Shown: positions 1-10,567 of the stretch, piece after piece
Numbering within the stretch: the first letter of the stretch is position 1
How the letters are laid out: each line of letters opens with the position of its first letter
NCBI RefSeq assembly: GCF_004010195.1
Contig: NC_057718.1
Location: 15,431,407 to 15,466,092 of the forward strand
DNA length: 34,686 bases
Source: Chiloscyllium plagiosum
Lineage: Eukaryota
Reading direction: 5' to 3'
The notes under the pieces: model-generated
What the model was told of the DNA's origin: nothing
Seen by the model: only the letters and a program-made list of their open reading frames with translations
Databases searched by the model: none
Made by a program: the position numbers and the translations under genes

Positions 1-39
1 ACTACACAAATACTAAACAATGATTCTCTTGAATAAGAG

Positions 40-712
40 ACAATCGAATCACTGCCTCTTGACTTTCAATGGTGTTACCATCACTGAATTACCCCACTAT
101 TAATTTTTTGGGAGTTACCTTCAACCAGAAACTAATATCGATACAGTGGCTACAAGAGACGGTGAGAGGCAAGGAATGCTGCAGTGAGTAACTCACCTAC
201 TGACTCCCGAAAGTTTGTCCACCTTTCACAAGGCACAAATTGGAAGTGTGATGGCTTATTCTCCATTTGAGTGCAGCTTCACCAACACTCGGACATTTGA
301 CATCATACAAGACAAAGTAGCAGGTTTGATTGGCACCACATTGACAAAAAGTCATTCCTCCACCACTGACACTCTGTAGTAGCAGCAGTGTGTATTGTCT
401 GAATGCACTGCAGAAATTCACCAAATATCCTTAGCCCCTTCCAAACCATTACCATTGAATAAATATATAGGAGCAACATCACCTGCAAGTTTTACCTCCA
501 CTCACTCATCATCCTGACTTGGAAATATATCATTATCTCTTCACTGTTGAGTCAAAATCCTGGAATTCCTTTCCTAATGCTATTGTGGGTCTACCCATAA
601 CACATGGACTGCAGCAGTTCAAGAATGCAGCTCAACTCCACATTCTCAATGATAACTAGAAATGTGCAATATACTCTAGCCCAGTGAGCAACATCTAGGT
701 CCTACAAGTTAA
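40..712 (+). mobile_element. Decayed 3' part of a CR1/L2-group LINE (family distinct from the other CR1s here)
   Basis: Broken frame LGVTFNQKL...DTVATRDGERQGMLQ*VTHLLTPESLSTFHKAQIGSVMAYSP resembles a non-LTR RT C-terminus. Related sequence recurs at ~16530-16730 and ~21830-22045. Confidence 0.7.
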
Positions 713-721
713 TTGAAGTAA

Positions 722-848
722 AAATCCAACAAACAGCAAGGAGGTTGGTAATCTACATTAATATTGGTTGAGGAATAAATATTGGGAATGACGCCTCTTC
801 TTCAAACTATTGTCATAGAATATTTCACATTCACCTAAGTGGGCAAGC
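722..848 (-). mobile_element. Deu-domain SINE fragment
   Basis: ttggttgaggaataaatattgg...ctcttcttcaaactattgtcatagaatatttcacattcacctaagtgggca resembles the reverse complement of the Deu domain as recalled. Confidence 0.55.
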
Positions 849-2419
849 TGTTTGCTTAGCACTAAAATAAAATAATGAATTCTCCAAGGATACACATCCC
901 ATTGAAAAGGCAGGCAGAGAGAGCCAGGGTTACTTTGTTGGTAGGAAATGAAATTAATCATTAGCAAGAAAAGATATAGGGTTGGAAGGTACAGAATCTG
1001 TGTGGGTAGAGATGAGGAACTGCAAAGGAAAAAGACCGCAGCAGGAATTATGTAGTCAGGATGTGGGGCAGAAAATAAATCAAAGTAGCAAAAGCATGTA
1101 AAAAAGACACTATTACATTGATCATGGGACACTTCAGTATGCAAGTGGATTTGGAAAACCCAGATTGGTTGCAGATCCCAAGGAAAAGAATTTGTGGAAT
1201 GTCTTAAGATTTTTTTTTGGATCAGTTTGGAGGAAACAGGAAATTCTGGATTTGATGTGTAATGAGGCAGGCTTGATTAGGGAGCTTAAGGTGGATGAGC
1301 CACATGGGAGCAGTGATCATAAAATGACAGAATTCACCCCAGAGTTTGAGGGGGAGAACCTGGAATCAGATGTAACGGCATTACAGTTGAGTAAAGGTAA
1401 TTGCAAAGACGTGTGGAGTTGGCCAGAGTTGATTGGAAAGGGAGCCTTGCAGGGAAGTTGGTGGTGTAGTAACAGCAGGAATTTCTTGGGGGTAATTCAA
1501 GAGGCACAGTAGAAATTCATCCCAAGAAAGAAGAAAAGTATTAAGGGGGGAATAAGATGACCATGGCTGATGAGGGGAGTCAGGGACAGCATGTGAGCAA
1601 AAGAAAAATGTGGTGAAGGTTAATGGAAAGCCAGAGAATTAGGAAGCCTTTAAAAACCATCAGTCGGGGAGAAGATTAGATATAAGGGTAGGTCAGCTAG
1701 TAATATAAACAAGTTTGAAAGACTTTTTAGATATATAAAAGGCAACAGAGAGGTAAGAGTAGACATTGGATTGCTGGAAAATTAGGCTGAAGAATTAGTA
1801 ATGGGGACTAAGAAATGGTGGAGGAACTGAATAGGTACTTTGCATCAGTCTTCACAGTGAAAGACATCAGTAACATACCAGAACTTCAAGAGTGAAGGGG
1901 CAGAAATGAGTGTCGTGATCATCATAAAAGAGAAGGTGCCGGAGAAGCTGAAGGGCCTAAAAGCAAATAAATCACCTGGACTGGATGATCTATACCCCAA
2001 GGTTCTCAAGAAGATAGCTGAATAGATATGGAAGCATTAGTGGTAATATTTAAGGAATCACTGGAGACATAGAGGGTCCTAGAAGACTGGAAAATGGCTA
2101 ACCTGACACCCTTGTTTAAGGGAGGGAGGCAGAAGATAAGTTATTGTCCAATTGTGAAGATTTTCAAGCTTTTTATTAAAGATGAGATTGCAGACTACTT
2201 GGAAGTGCATTGTAAAATAGGGCTGAGTCAGCTTCGTCAAGGAGAGGTCATGCTTGTCAAATGTGTCAAAATTCTTTGAGGAGGTAGTGGGCAAGTTAAA
2301 CAAGGAGAGCCAGTGGCATGATCTGTTTGAAATCCTTTGGTGAGGTGCTGCACAGGAGTTTGCTAATTACGTTGACCTCTTTGGTGTTATGGGCAAGGTA
2401 CTGGCATGGATATAAGATT

Positions 2420-2580
2420 CGAAAAATGTGATGCTAGAAAAGCCTAGCCAGTCAGGCAGCATCCAAGAGCTGGAGAATCAACGTTTCGAGCATAAAGGTT
2501 TCCTGATGAAGGGCTATATGCTCGAAACGTCAATTCTCCTGCTCCTCGGAGCAGGATAACTGGCAGTTATCACTTTCTCT
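2420..2580. mobile_element. 161-bp fold-back Penelope-like pLTR insertion
   Basis: Perfect 14-bp TSD atggatataagatt (2406-2419 / 2581-2594). Inverted arms 2472-2494 / 2517-2539. Homologous to the pLTR at 8693-8820. Confidence 0.85.
2503..2531 (+). ncRNA. Minimal type I hammerhead ribozyme motif (PLE-derived)
   Basis: CUGAUGA-A-GGGC-UAUAU-GCUC-GAAA-CGUC: core boxes, stem II and GUC triplet present. The stem I closing pair is mismatched. Confidence 0.65.
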
Positions 2581-3974
2581 ATGGATATAAGATTGGCTGA
2601 CTGGAAGAAGACAGTGGGGATATAGGGGTGTTTTTCAGGATGGCAGTGAGTGACAATGGAGTTCCGTATGGTCAGTGTTGGGACCACGATTCATGTTATA
2701 CTTTAATGACCTAGACAAAGAAACTGAGGCCATTGTTGTTAATTTACAGATGACACAAAAATAGATGGTGGAAGTGGGGAAAAATGAAATGGATAGGCCA
2801 GGAGAATAGGCAAAGAAGTGGTAAATGGAATATAATGGGGGAAAGTGCACTTTGAGAGGAAGAATTGAGGTGTAGACTATTTTCTAAATGGAGAGAAGCT
2901 TCAGAAATCTGTAGCACAGAGGGACTTGAGTCCTCCTTCAGGATTCTCGTAAGGTTGACAAGCAGGTTGTGTTGGCTCTTCGGAAGGTAAATGCAATGTT
3001 AGTACTAGTTTTCAGAGGGCTAGAATGGAAGGCCAGAAATGTACTACTGAGGCTGTATATGGCTCTGGTCAGTCAGCATGTGGAATATAGTGAGCAATTT
3101 GGGGCCCTTTATCTAAGGACGGATATGCTGGTGAGTGAATCCAGAGAAAGTTTCCAAGAGGTGATCCAGGGGTGAAAGGCTTGTCATATGAGGACAGGTC
3201 AAGGACTCTGGGTCTGTACTTGATTGTGTTTAGAAGGATGAGGGGGATCCGATTGAAACTCTCCGAATACAGAAAGGCCTGAATAGAGTGGATGTGGAGA
3301 TGATATTTCCACTATTAGCAGAGACTAGGACCTGTGAGTACAGCCTCAAGGTGAAGGGATGACCCTTTAGAACAGAGATGAGGAATCTCTTCAGCCAGTG
3401 GATATTTAATCTGTGGAACTCATTGTCCATGGAAGACTATGGAGGTCAAGTCACTGTATTTAAGACAGAGATATTTAGGTTCTTGATAAGTAAGGGGATC
3501 AAAAGTTGTAGGGAGAATGGGGTTACAAAACATATTAGCCATGGTCGAATGGCAGAGCAGTCTCAATGGGCTTCATGATCTAATTCTGCTCCTGTATTGT
3601 ATTGTATCTTACAATCTCATGTCTTATATAGGGCAATGAACAAAACTTCTAATGCCCCTCTCAATGCTGGTAGCGCCAGCACCCCACTTAACCAACCTTC
3701 TGGGGTGCCATTAAATTATTCTGAATCCCTAAAAGTTGCAAGTACTGTATAGGGTTAAACTGTACAATGGCTTCACAATTAGCCACAAGTATACTGCTAT
3801 AACTTGAGGTGTTCACACTGATATCTGCTTAATTCTTTCACAAGTTATTATCTTAATTCTCTCTTTCTTGTAAAATTTTAATATATTTCTTCTTCAAACT
3901 GTGGTGTAATTATATTACATGATAAGTTTGTGTGGAAAGTATTTTCCTTATTTCAGACATTTTTATTTTCTCCT

Positions 3975-4430
3975 TATTAAATTGGAGAGGTTTCAGAAGA
4001 GATTTACCAGCATGTTGCTGGGAATGGAAAGAGAGGCTAGGACTTTTTCATTGGAACACAGGAGGTTGAGGTTTATAGAGATTTATAATATCATGAGGAA
4101 CATAGGTAAGGTGGATAACAAAGGTCTTTTCCACAGATTGGGGGTGTTCAAAACTAATGGGCATATTTTTAAGGTGCAGGGGAAAAGATTTAAAGGTCAT
4201 GAGGGGCAATTTTTTTTTTACACTGGTTAGTGTGTGGAATGAACTGCCAGATGAAATGATGGATGCAGGTATGGTTACAACATTTCAAAGACATTTGGAT
4301 AAGTATATGAATAGGAAGAGTTTGGAGGGATCTGGGCCAAAAGCAGGCAGGTGAGACTAGTTTAGTTTGGGAACAAGGTGAGTGTGGACTGGTTGGACTG
4401 AAGACCTGTTTCCAAGCCGTATGGCTCTAA
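3975..4430 (+). mobile_element. CR1 LINE 3' fragment
   Basis: KLERFQKRFTSMLLG, FSLEHRRL and VWNELP motifs, followed by a CR1-type 3' UTR. Confidence 0.85.
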
Positions 4431-4614
4431 AACTGGATGTCTGTTGCCTTGTAGTATGATAAAATGAATGTGCTTTTCAAAAGCAGCATGCTGTGTCATT
4501 GCATGGCAAGATTGGTTGTGCAGGTAATCGTGTAATCCAAGTGAAACGTTGGTGTTAGTTATTCGAGCACTGTGCAGTTCTGTATTCCTATGCTAGTCAT
4601 GTGATTTTCCCCAG

Positions 4615-4662
4615 GAAGACATACCAATAACCGAGGGCTTTGATGATCGTCTAATTTCCATC
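4615..4662 (+). CDS. Candidate 48-nt in-frame cassette exon of CNST (EDIPITEGFDDRLISI)
   Basis: Acceptor gtgattttccccag and donor ATC|gtaaga. 16 codons, no stop, phase 0/0 matching the exon at 10661. Lies in sequence with no recognisable TE. No homology support. Confidence 0.3.
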
Positions 4663-5024
4663 GTAAGAAACATTTTGTAATTATGAAGCAAATGTACTTC
4701 AAGTATTCCTATGACAACTTGTCCTAATCATTTAGTTGGGTACAGCTGGGGCTCTTGAAAATAGCAAGCTAATTCACACCAGTGCTGTTGAAACACAAGG
4801 TATTTTTTCATTTGCACTAATAAAGTGTGCTACCTAGTATTTTTACAAACTTATTTTAAAGCTAAGCAAGTAAAAAAAATTGATTTTATAGAAAGTAGTA
4901 CACACTTAACAGATATTAAGTGTTATATTTGTAAGTTTTCCACTTTGATCAAAAGTTTTGAAGGAAAGCAAGAATTCAGTTATCTAGTACCTTGCACATC
5001 TCAAAGTACTTCATTAATTAATTA

Positions 5025-6166
5025 GGAGCAAATTACTGTAGATGCTAGAATCCCTATACTGGAAACAACAAATGCTGGAGGTAACAGCAGTTCAGACAGC
5101 ATCCATGGAGAGAGCGCAAGCTAACGTTTAGAGTCTAGATGACCCTTCAGCAGCGCTGAAGTATGGAAGGGTCAGCACTTGTGCAACTGTTGGGAGGGAT
5201 GATGGTATGTGTAGAGTGCAGGGGGAGAAAAAATGTTGTTAGTTCAGATTAAGTGATCGGAATGTGCGAATGACAGAACAACAGTGTGTCTAACTGCTAG
5301 ACTGGAAAGAGCAGACATTTCAGGCATAAACCCTTCATCAGGAATGCATAACTGGGACCAATGTGGGTGCCTATAGCCACTCCTTTCACTTATCAAAAGT
5401 GAGGTGAATTAAAAAGAGAAATTGTTCAGTGAGAGAACACGTTCAGCCAGGTGGAGGAGAGTGGTGGTGGCTGGGGACTGTCCAGGTCTCTAATCGAGGA
5501 AGAAGCTGAGAACTTGCAGACTGTCCTGGTGGTGAATAGAGATATAGAGGAATTGGACATCCATGGTAAACAAGAGGCAGTTAGGGCCAGGGAACAGGAT
5601 ATTGTCAATATGATGGAGAACATCAAAGAAATCACAAATGTGGGTTGGCAGGGTCTGGACGAGTGGGGAGAGGATGAAGTCAATGTGGAAGGAAATTAGC
5701 TCAGTAGGGCAGGATTTTGGGAAGGAGGTTAGAAGTAGGCTGTTCGTGTTTGGGAGACTGAGGTAGGAAGCAATGGGTGTAGGATCTCTGGAGCTAATGA
5801 AGTCATAAAATCCCTGCAGTATGGAAAAAGGCCCTTCATCCCGGAGCTCCCAGAGGAAACCCACACAGTCACAGAGAGAATATGCAAACTCTACACAGTC
5901 TCCCGAGGCTGGAATCGAACCTGGGCCCCGGTGAGAGTCCTGGCAGCAATGGTTGATGGCTAATTCATTCTCCTGCCACCTCCCACCCTTCCTCCACCCT
6001 CCCAGCCCACCCCACCCCCCCCCCACCCCCACCACCAAACGACACAAATAGTGACCCCTCCACACTTCACTTCAGCTCTGAAAATAGTCATCTGGACTAG
6101 AAATGTTAGCTTGCTGTCTTTCCATGGATGCTGTCTGACCTACTGCGATCTCCAGCATTTGTTGTT
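5025..6166 (-). mobile_element. Rearranged Penelope-like element with inverted pLTR ends and an RT remnant
   Basis: Minus-strand RT motifs LLFTMDVQFLYISIHH and VKGVAIGTHIGPSYA (~5345-5700). Inverted ~100-bp arms 5060-5162 / 6069-6170. TSD ttcattaattaatta 5010-5024 / ttcatgaattaatta 6167-6181. Confidence 0.8.
5801..5935 (-). mobile_element. Internally deleted HE1-like SINE nested in the PLE
   Basis: Matches pieces of the SINE at 14536-14888: tail, gaggaaacccacacag, B box ggaatcgaacc. Confidence 0.7.
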
Positions 6167-6180
6167 TTCATGAATTAATT

Positions 6181-6470
6181 ACTTCTGAAGTGTGTTGGCT
6201 GTCATTTCTTGGAAAACTTGGTAGTCAATTTGTGCTAATCACAAGTGTCCCATAAGCAGCAATCAAGCGAATGGCAAACTGTCTGTAGATGGTGGTTAAA
6301 ATGTGGCAGCTGGCCAGGACAAACACCCAAACAGTCATGTGCACACTTCTTGGATAGTAGTACAATGCCATTGTTTGTGTCCATATGAGCAGATGTACAA
6401 GGTCCTGGTTTGATATCTGATTTGAAAGATAGCACCTCCAGTAATATAGTATTTCCACAATATTTCACTG
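6181..6470 (-). mobile_element. Deu-domain SINE; its 3' end appears to continue at ~4995-5024, split by the PLE
   Basis: tggccaggac...cctggtttgatatctgatttgaaagatagcacctcc resembles the reverse-complemented Deu core as recalled. Confidence 0.6.
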
Positions 6471-6527
6471 ATGTAATGAAAATAGAAATGTATTTTTATC
6501 AACCTGTCCAGAGTTACTATTACACAC

Positions 6528-7265
6528 ACTTATACACTTAATGGTAAGGTCCTGGGGAGTGTTGCTGAACAAAGAGACCTTGGAGTGCAGATTCATAGAT
6601 CCTTGAAAGTGGAGTTGCAGGTAGATAGGATAGTGAAGAAGGTGTTTGGTATGCTTTCCTTTATTGGTCAGAGTATTGAGTGCCAGAATTGGGAGGTCAT
6701 GTTGTGACTATACAGGACGTTGGTTAGGCCACTATTGGAATATTGCATGCAATTCTGGTCTCCATCCTGTCGGAAAGATGTTGTGAAACTCGAAAGGGTT
6801 CAGAAAAGATTTACAAGGATGTTGCCAGGGTTGGAGAATTTGAGCTATAAGAAGAGGTTTCCCTGGAGCGTCGGAGGCTGAGGGATGACCTTATAGAGGT
6901 TTATAAAATCATGAGGGGCATGGATAGGATAAATAAACAGTCTTTTCCCTTGGGTCCCAGAGTCCAGAAATAAAGGGCATAGGTTTGGGGTGAGGGGGAA
7001 AGATATAAAAGAGACCTAAGGAGCAACTTTTTCATGAAAAGGGTGGTACATTTATGGAATGAGCTGCCAGAGGAAGTGGTGGAGTCTAGTACAATTGCAA
7101 CATTTAAAAGGCATCTGGATGGGTATATGAACAGGAAGGGTTTGGAGGTATATGGGACCTGGGTGCTGGTAGGTGAGACTAGATTGGGTTGGGATATCTG
7201 GTTAGCATGGACAAGTTAGACCAAAGGGTCTGCTTCCTTGCTGTACATCTCTATAATGCTATGAC
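6528..7265 (+). mobile_element. CR1 LINE 3' fragment (RT C-terminus and 3' UTR)
   Basis: RDLGVQ, LVRPLLEYCMQFWSP, LERVQKRFTRMLPGL and HLWNELP motifs. Tail ctctataatgctatga. Confidence 0.9.
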
Positions 7266-7335
7266 CTCTGAAGCAGGTAGGCCTAGAACCCAGGCCAGGG
7301 GTAGGGACATTACTACTATGTCACAAGAGGGCTCT
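7264..7335 (-). mobile_element. tRNA-derived SINE head; the remainder appears at ~6490-6527, split by the CR1
   Basis: Reverse complement shows degenerate A-box (tgtgacatagtagtaa) and B-box (gggttctaggcc) like motifs. Confidence 0.45.
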
Positions 7336-7435
7336 AAAGAAATAGATTCAGCAACGAAAATCTGCCTCTGTGAATGCTAAAATGTTTAGCTTTGTGCAGT
7401 GGTAAATTGGGAATTGTTGATTTTTAATCAGTCAT

Positions 7436-7605
7436 TCAGGATGAAAATGGATCCTCTGGTCCAACTCATCCACACTGACCATGCTCCCAAACTAAACTGG
7501 TCCCACCTGCTTGCGTTTGGCCCACATCCCTCCAAACCTTTCCTATTCAAACTTTATCCAAATGTCTTTCAAACATTGTAACTGTACCTTCTTCCACCAC
7601 TTCAT
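7436..7605 (-). mobile_element. CR1 3' tail fragment
   Basis: Reverse complement closely resembles the CR1 tail at ~4250-4420. Confidence 0.75.
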
Positions 7606-7610
7606 CAGAA

Positions 7611-7735
7611 AACCACCTGATGAAGGAGCGGCGCTCTGAAAGCCAGTGCTTCCAATTAAACCTTTTGTACTATAATCTGGTGTTGTGTGATTTTTAACTT
7701 TGTACCCCAGTCCAACATTGGCATCTCCCAATCAT
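7611..7735 (+). mobile_element. Penelope-like pLTR with a degenerate hammerhead motif
   Basis: CUGAUGA-A-GGAGC-GGC-GCUCU-GAAA-GCCA at 7617-7645 (the U of the cleavage triplet is lost). Same family as 11221-11340 in the opposite orientation. Confidence 0.75.
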
Positions 7736-8324
7736 CTCTTCTTCAAGCTGAGGATGAAGCCAGGTTTTATAGGAATCTTGTACAATAAGATTAGTTAAAA
7801 TGGGGGGAAATGCAATGTTTTTAGAAATTATGTAATCCAATTACAATGTTAATTGAAAAACAGTTAAGGGAAGAATAAGCTGGTTGTTGAAACAATGCAA
7901 CAAACTGACAATATAGATGAGTTCCCGATGGGATCAGGAGATTCCAACTCTCTTTGCAGGTAGGTGAGAATGTCTCTCTTAAAACAGTAAGGTGCTTCCA
8001 TTGTTCCTGTCCTGGGAGCGAGATCCTTTGGTGCCTGTCCGCCTGACCTGTCTTTTGTGCGGCTTTGGTATTGCTGTGTTATCAGACTACCCTTGGGGCT
8101 TTAGGACAGTTGTGTTGACTAGGTCCAGGAAGCTTATTGTTAGTGTGTTTTGGGAAGTATATTCCCTTGTCTGCGAGTGACTATGGTTCTATCTAGTTTC
8201 ACTTGTCAGCTTGTTTCGTCAATGCTGAGGCATTCTGGGTGTTTCTAGTATAGTTTGTCCAAATTTGATTTCCTGTGTTCTGTGTGGGCTTACTGTGGGT
8301 AGGCAGGGTGGCAGATCTTTTCCC

Positions 8325-8520
8325 ACACTAGGTTATCATCCAACAAGTTTATTTGAAATCACAAGCTTTCAGAGTGCTGCTGTTTCATCAGATGACTTCG
8401 TCAGGAGCAGTGTTCAGAAAGCTTGTGATTTCAAACAAACCTGTTGAACTATAACCTGCTGCCCTGTGACTCTGACATTGTACACCCCAGTCCAACACCA
8501 GCACCCCCACATCATGGCTA
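8325..8520. mobile_element. Head-to-head fold-back Penelope-like pLTR
   Basis: Imperfect palindrome 8330-8457 (tttgaaatcacaagctttc / gaaagcttgtgatttcaaa) centred on the hammerhead region. Confidence 0.75.
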
Positions 8521-8692
8521 CCATTGACACAAAAAAACTCGATGGTCACCCTTCAACCTTCTACACTCCAATGAAAAACATCCTAGTCTATCCAGTCTCT
8601 CATTATAACTCAAACCATCCATTCCTGGCAACATCCTGGTAAAACTTTTCTGAACTCTCCAGTTTAATAATAATCTTCTTGTAACAGGGTGA

Positions 8693-9543
8693 GAAAGTGA
8701 GGACTGCAGATACTGGAGATTAGAGTCGAAGAGTGTGGTGCCGGAAAAGCACAGCTGTTTAAGCAGTATCCGAGGAGCAGGAGCATTGACGTTTCAGGCA
8801 TAAGTCCTTCATCAGGAATGAAGCTTGTGGGCCAAGAGGGCTGAGCAATAAATGGGAAGGGGTGGAGCCAAGGGAAAGGTAACTGGGAATGCAATAGATA
8901 GATGAAGGTGGAGGTAAAAGTGATAGGTCAGAGAGGAGGGTGAAGCCAATAGGTGGGAAGGAAGATGGACAGGTAGGACCATTCAAGAGGATGGTGCCAA
9001 GTTGGAAGGTTGGGATTGGGATAAGGTGGGGGGAGGGGTGATGGGGAAATTGGTGAAATCCATATTAATCCTGTGTGGTTAGAGGGTCCCAAAGTGGAAT
9101 ATGAGGTGTTCTTCCTCCAGACATCAGGTGGTTAGGATTTGGCAATGGAGGTGGCCCAGGATCTGCTTGTCCTTGGTGGAGTGGGAAAGGGAATTAAAGT
9201 GTTTGGCCATGGAGCAGTGGGGTTGATTGGTGCGGGTTTCCCAGAGATGTTCTCTGAAACAATTCACAAGTTGACGTCCTGTCACCCCAATGTAGTGGCG
9301 ACCACATTAGGTGCAACAGACACAGTAGATGATGTGTGTGGAAGTACAGGTAAATTTCTGCTGGATGTTGAAGGATCATTTGGGGCCTTGGGTGGAGGCG
9401 AGGGTGCAGGTGTGGGCACAGGTTTCACACTTATTGCGATGGCAGGCAAAGGTGCTGGGAGGGGAGGGTGGTTGAAATATCGATTCTCCTGGTCCTCGGA
9501 TGCTGCCTGACCAGCTGTGCTTTTCAAGCACCACACTCTTTAA
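8693..9543 (-). mobile_element. 5'-truncated Penelope-like element with a GIY-YIG endonuclease remnant and an inverted partial pLTR
   Basis: Minus frame CHRNKCETC...FTCTSTHIIYCVCCT*CGRHYIGVTGRQLVNCFREH (Cys linker plus GIY-YIG). Hammerhead motif 8788-8815(-). Inverted arms 8729-8796 / 9473-9540. TSD cttgtaacagggtga 8678-8692 / cttataacagggtga 9544-9558. Confidence 0.9.
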
Positions 9544-9689
9544 CTTATAACAGGGTGACCAGAACTGGGCACAATATTCTAGAAGAAGCCTCACAAATGA
9601 CCTGTACAACCTCAATATGACATCCCAACTCCTATACTCAAAGGTCTGAGTAATGAAAGCAATCATGCTAAATGCCTTCTTAACCACCC

Positions 9690-10567
9690 AGGTAAAAACA
9701 ATGACTGCAGATGCTGGAAACCAGATTCTGGATTAGTGGTGCTGGAAGAGCACAGCAATTCAGGCAGCATCCGAGGACAGGCAAAATCGACGTTTCGGGC
9801 AAAAGCCTTTCATCAGGAATAAAGGCAGAGAGCCTGAAGCATGGAGAGATAAGCTAGAGGAGGGTGGNNNNNNNNNNNNNNNNNNNNNNNNNNNNNNNNN
9901 NNNNNNNNNNNNNNNNNNNNNNNNNNNNNNNNNNNNNNNNNNNNNNNNNNNNNNNNNNNNNNNNNNNNNNNNNNNNNNNNNNNNNNNNNNNNNNNNNNNN
10001 NNNNNNNNNNNNNNNNNNNNNNNNNNNNNNNNNNNNNNNNNNNNNNNNNNNNNNNNNNNNNNNNNNNNNNNNNNNNNNNNNNNNNNNNNNNNNNNNNNNN
10101 NNNNNNNNNNNNNNNNNNNNNNNNNNNNNNNNNNNNNNNNNNNNNNNNNNNNNNNNNNNNNNNNNNNNNNNNNNNNNNNNNNNNNNNNNNNNNNNNNNNN
10201 NNNNNNNNNNNNNNNNNNNNNNNNNNNNNNNNNNNNNNNNNNNNNNNNNNNNNNNNNNNNNNNNNNNNNNNNNNNNNNNNNNNGGGTGGTAGGGGGGCGT
10301 GGACCTGACCAGGTAGTCACGGAGGGAACGGTCTTTGCGGAAGGCGGAGAGGGTTGGGGAGGGAAATATATCCCTGGTGGTGGGGTCTGTTTGGAGGTGG
10401 TGGAAATGTCGGCGGATGATTTGGTTTATGGGAAGGTTGGTAGGGTGGAAGGTGAGCACCAGGGGTGTTCTGTCCTTGTTGCGGTTGGAGGGGTTGGGTC
10501 TGAGGGCGGAGGTGCGGGATGTGGATGAGATGCGTTGGAGGGCATCTTTAACCACGTGGGAAGGAAA
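9690..10567 (-). mobile_element. Younger 5'-truncated Penelope-like element spanning the assembly gap
   Basis: Open minus frame RTPLVLTFHP...AFRKDRSLRDYLVRS typical of the PLE post-RT region. Hammerhead motif 9789-9816(-). Perfect 12-bp TSD tcttaaccaccc 9678-9689 / 10568-10579. CpGs retained. Confidence 0.85.
9868..10283. other. Assembly gap (416 N)
   Basis: Run of N flanked by G-rich sequence. Confidence 1.

Larger units (their letters stand above)
875..3625 (+). mobile_element. Old 5'-truncated CR1 LINE (APE endonuclease, RT, 3' tail), heavily disrupted
   Basis: Remnant motifs GSSDHKM (EN), KSPGLD, ANLTPLFKGGR, LLRLYMALV..HVEY and NLWNSL. Tail ctgctcctgtattgtattgtatctt. Interrupted by a PLE insert at 2420-2580. 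Confidence 0.85.

Noticed and set aside
5060..6170. DNA transposon or MITE suggested by terminal inverted repeats
   Set aside because: The arms are hammerhead-bearing pLTRs and the interior encodes PLE RT, not a transposase.
9760..10320. Long ORFs filled with X
   Set aside because: Artefacts of translating the N gap.
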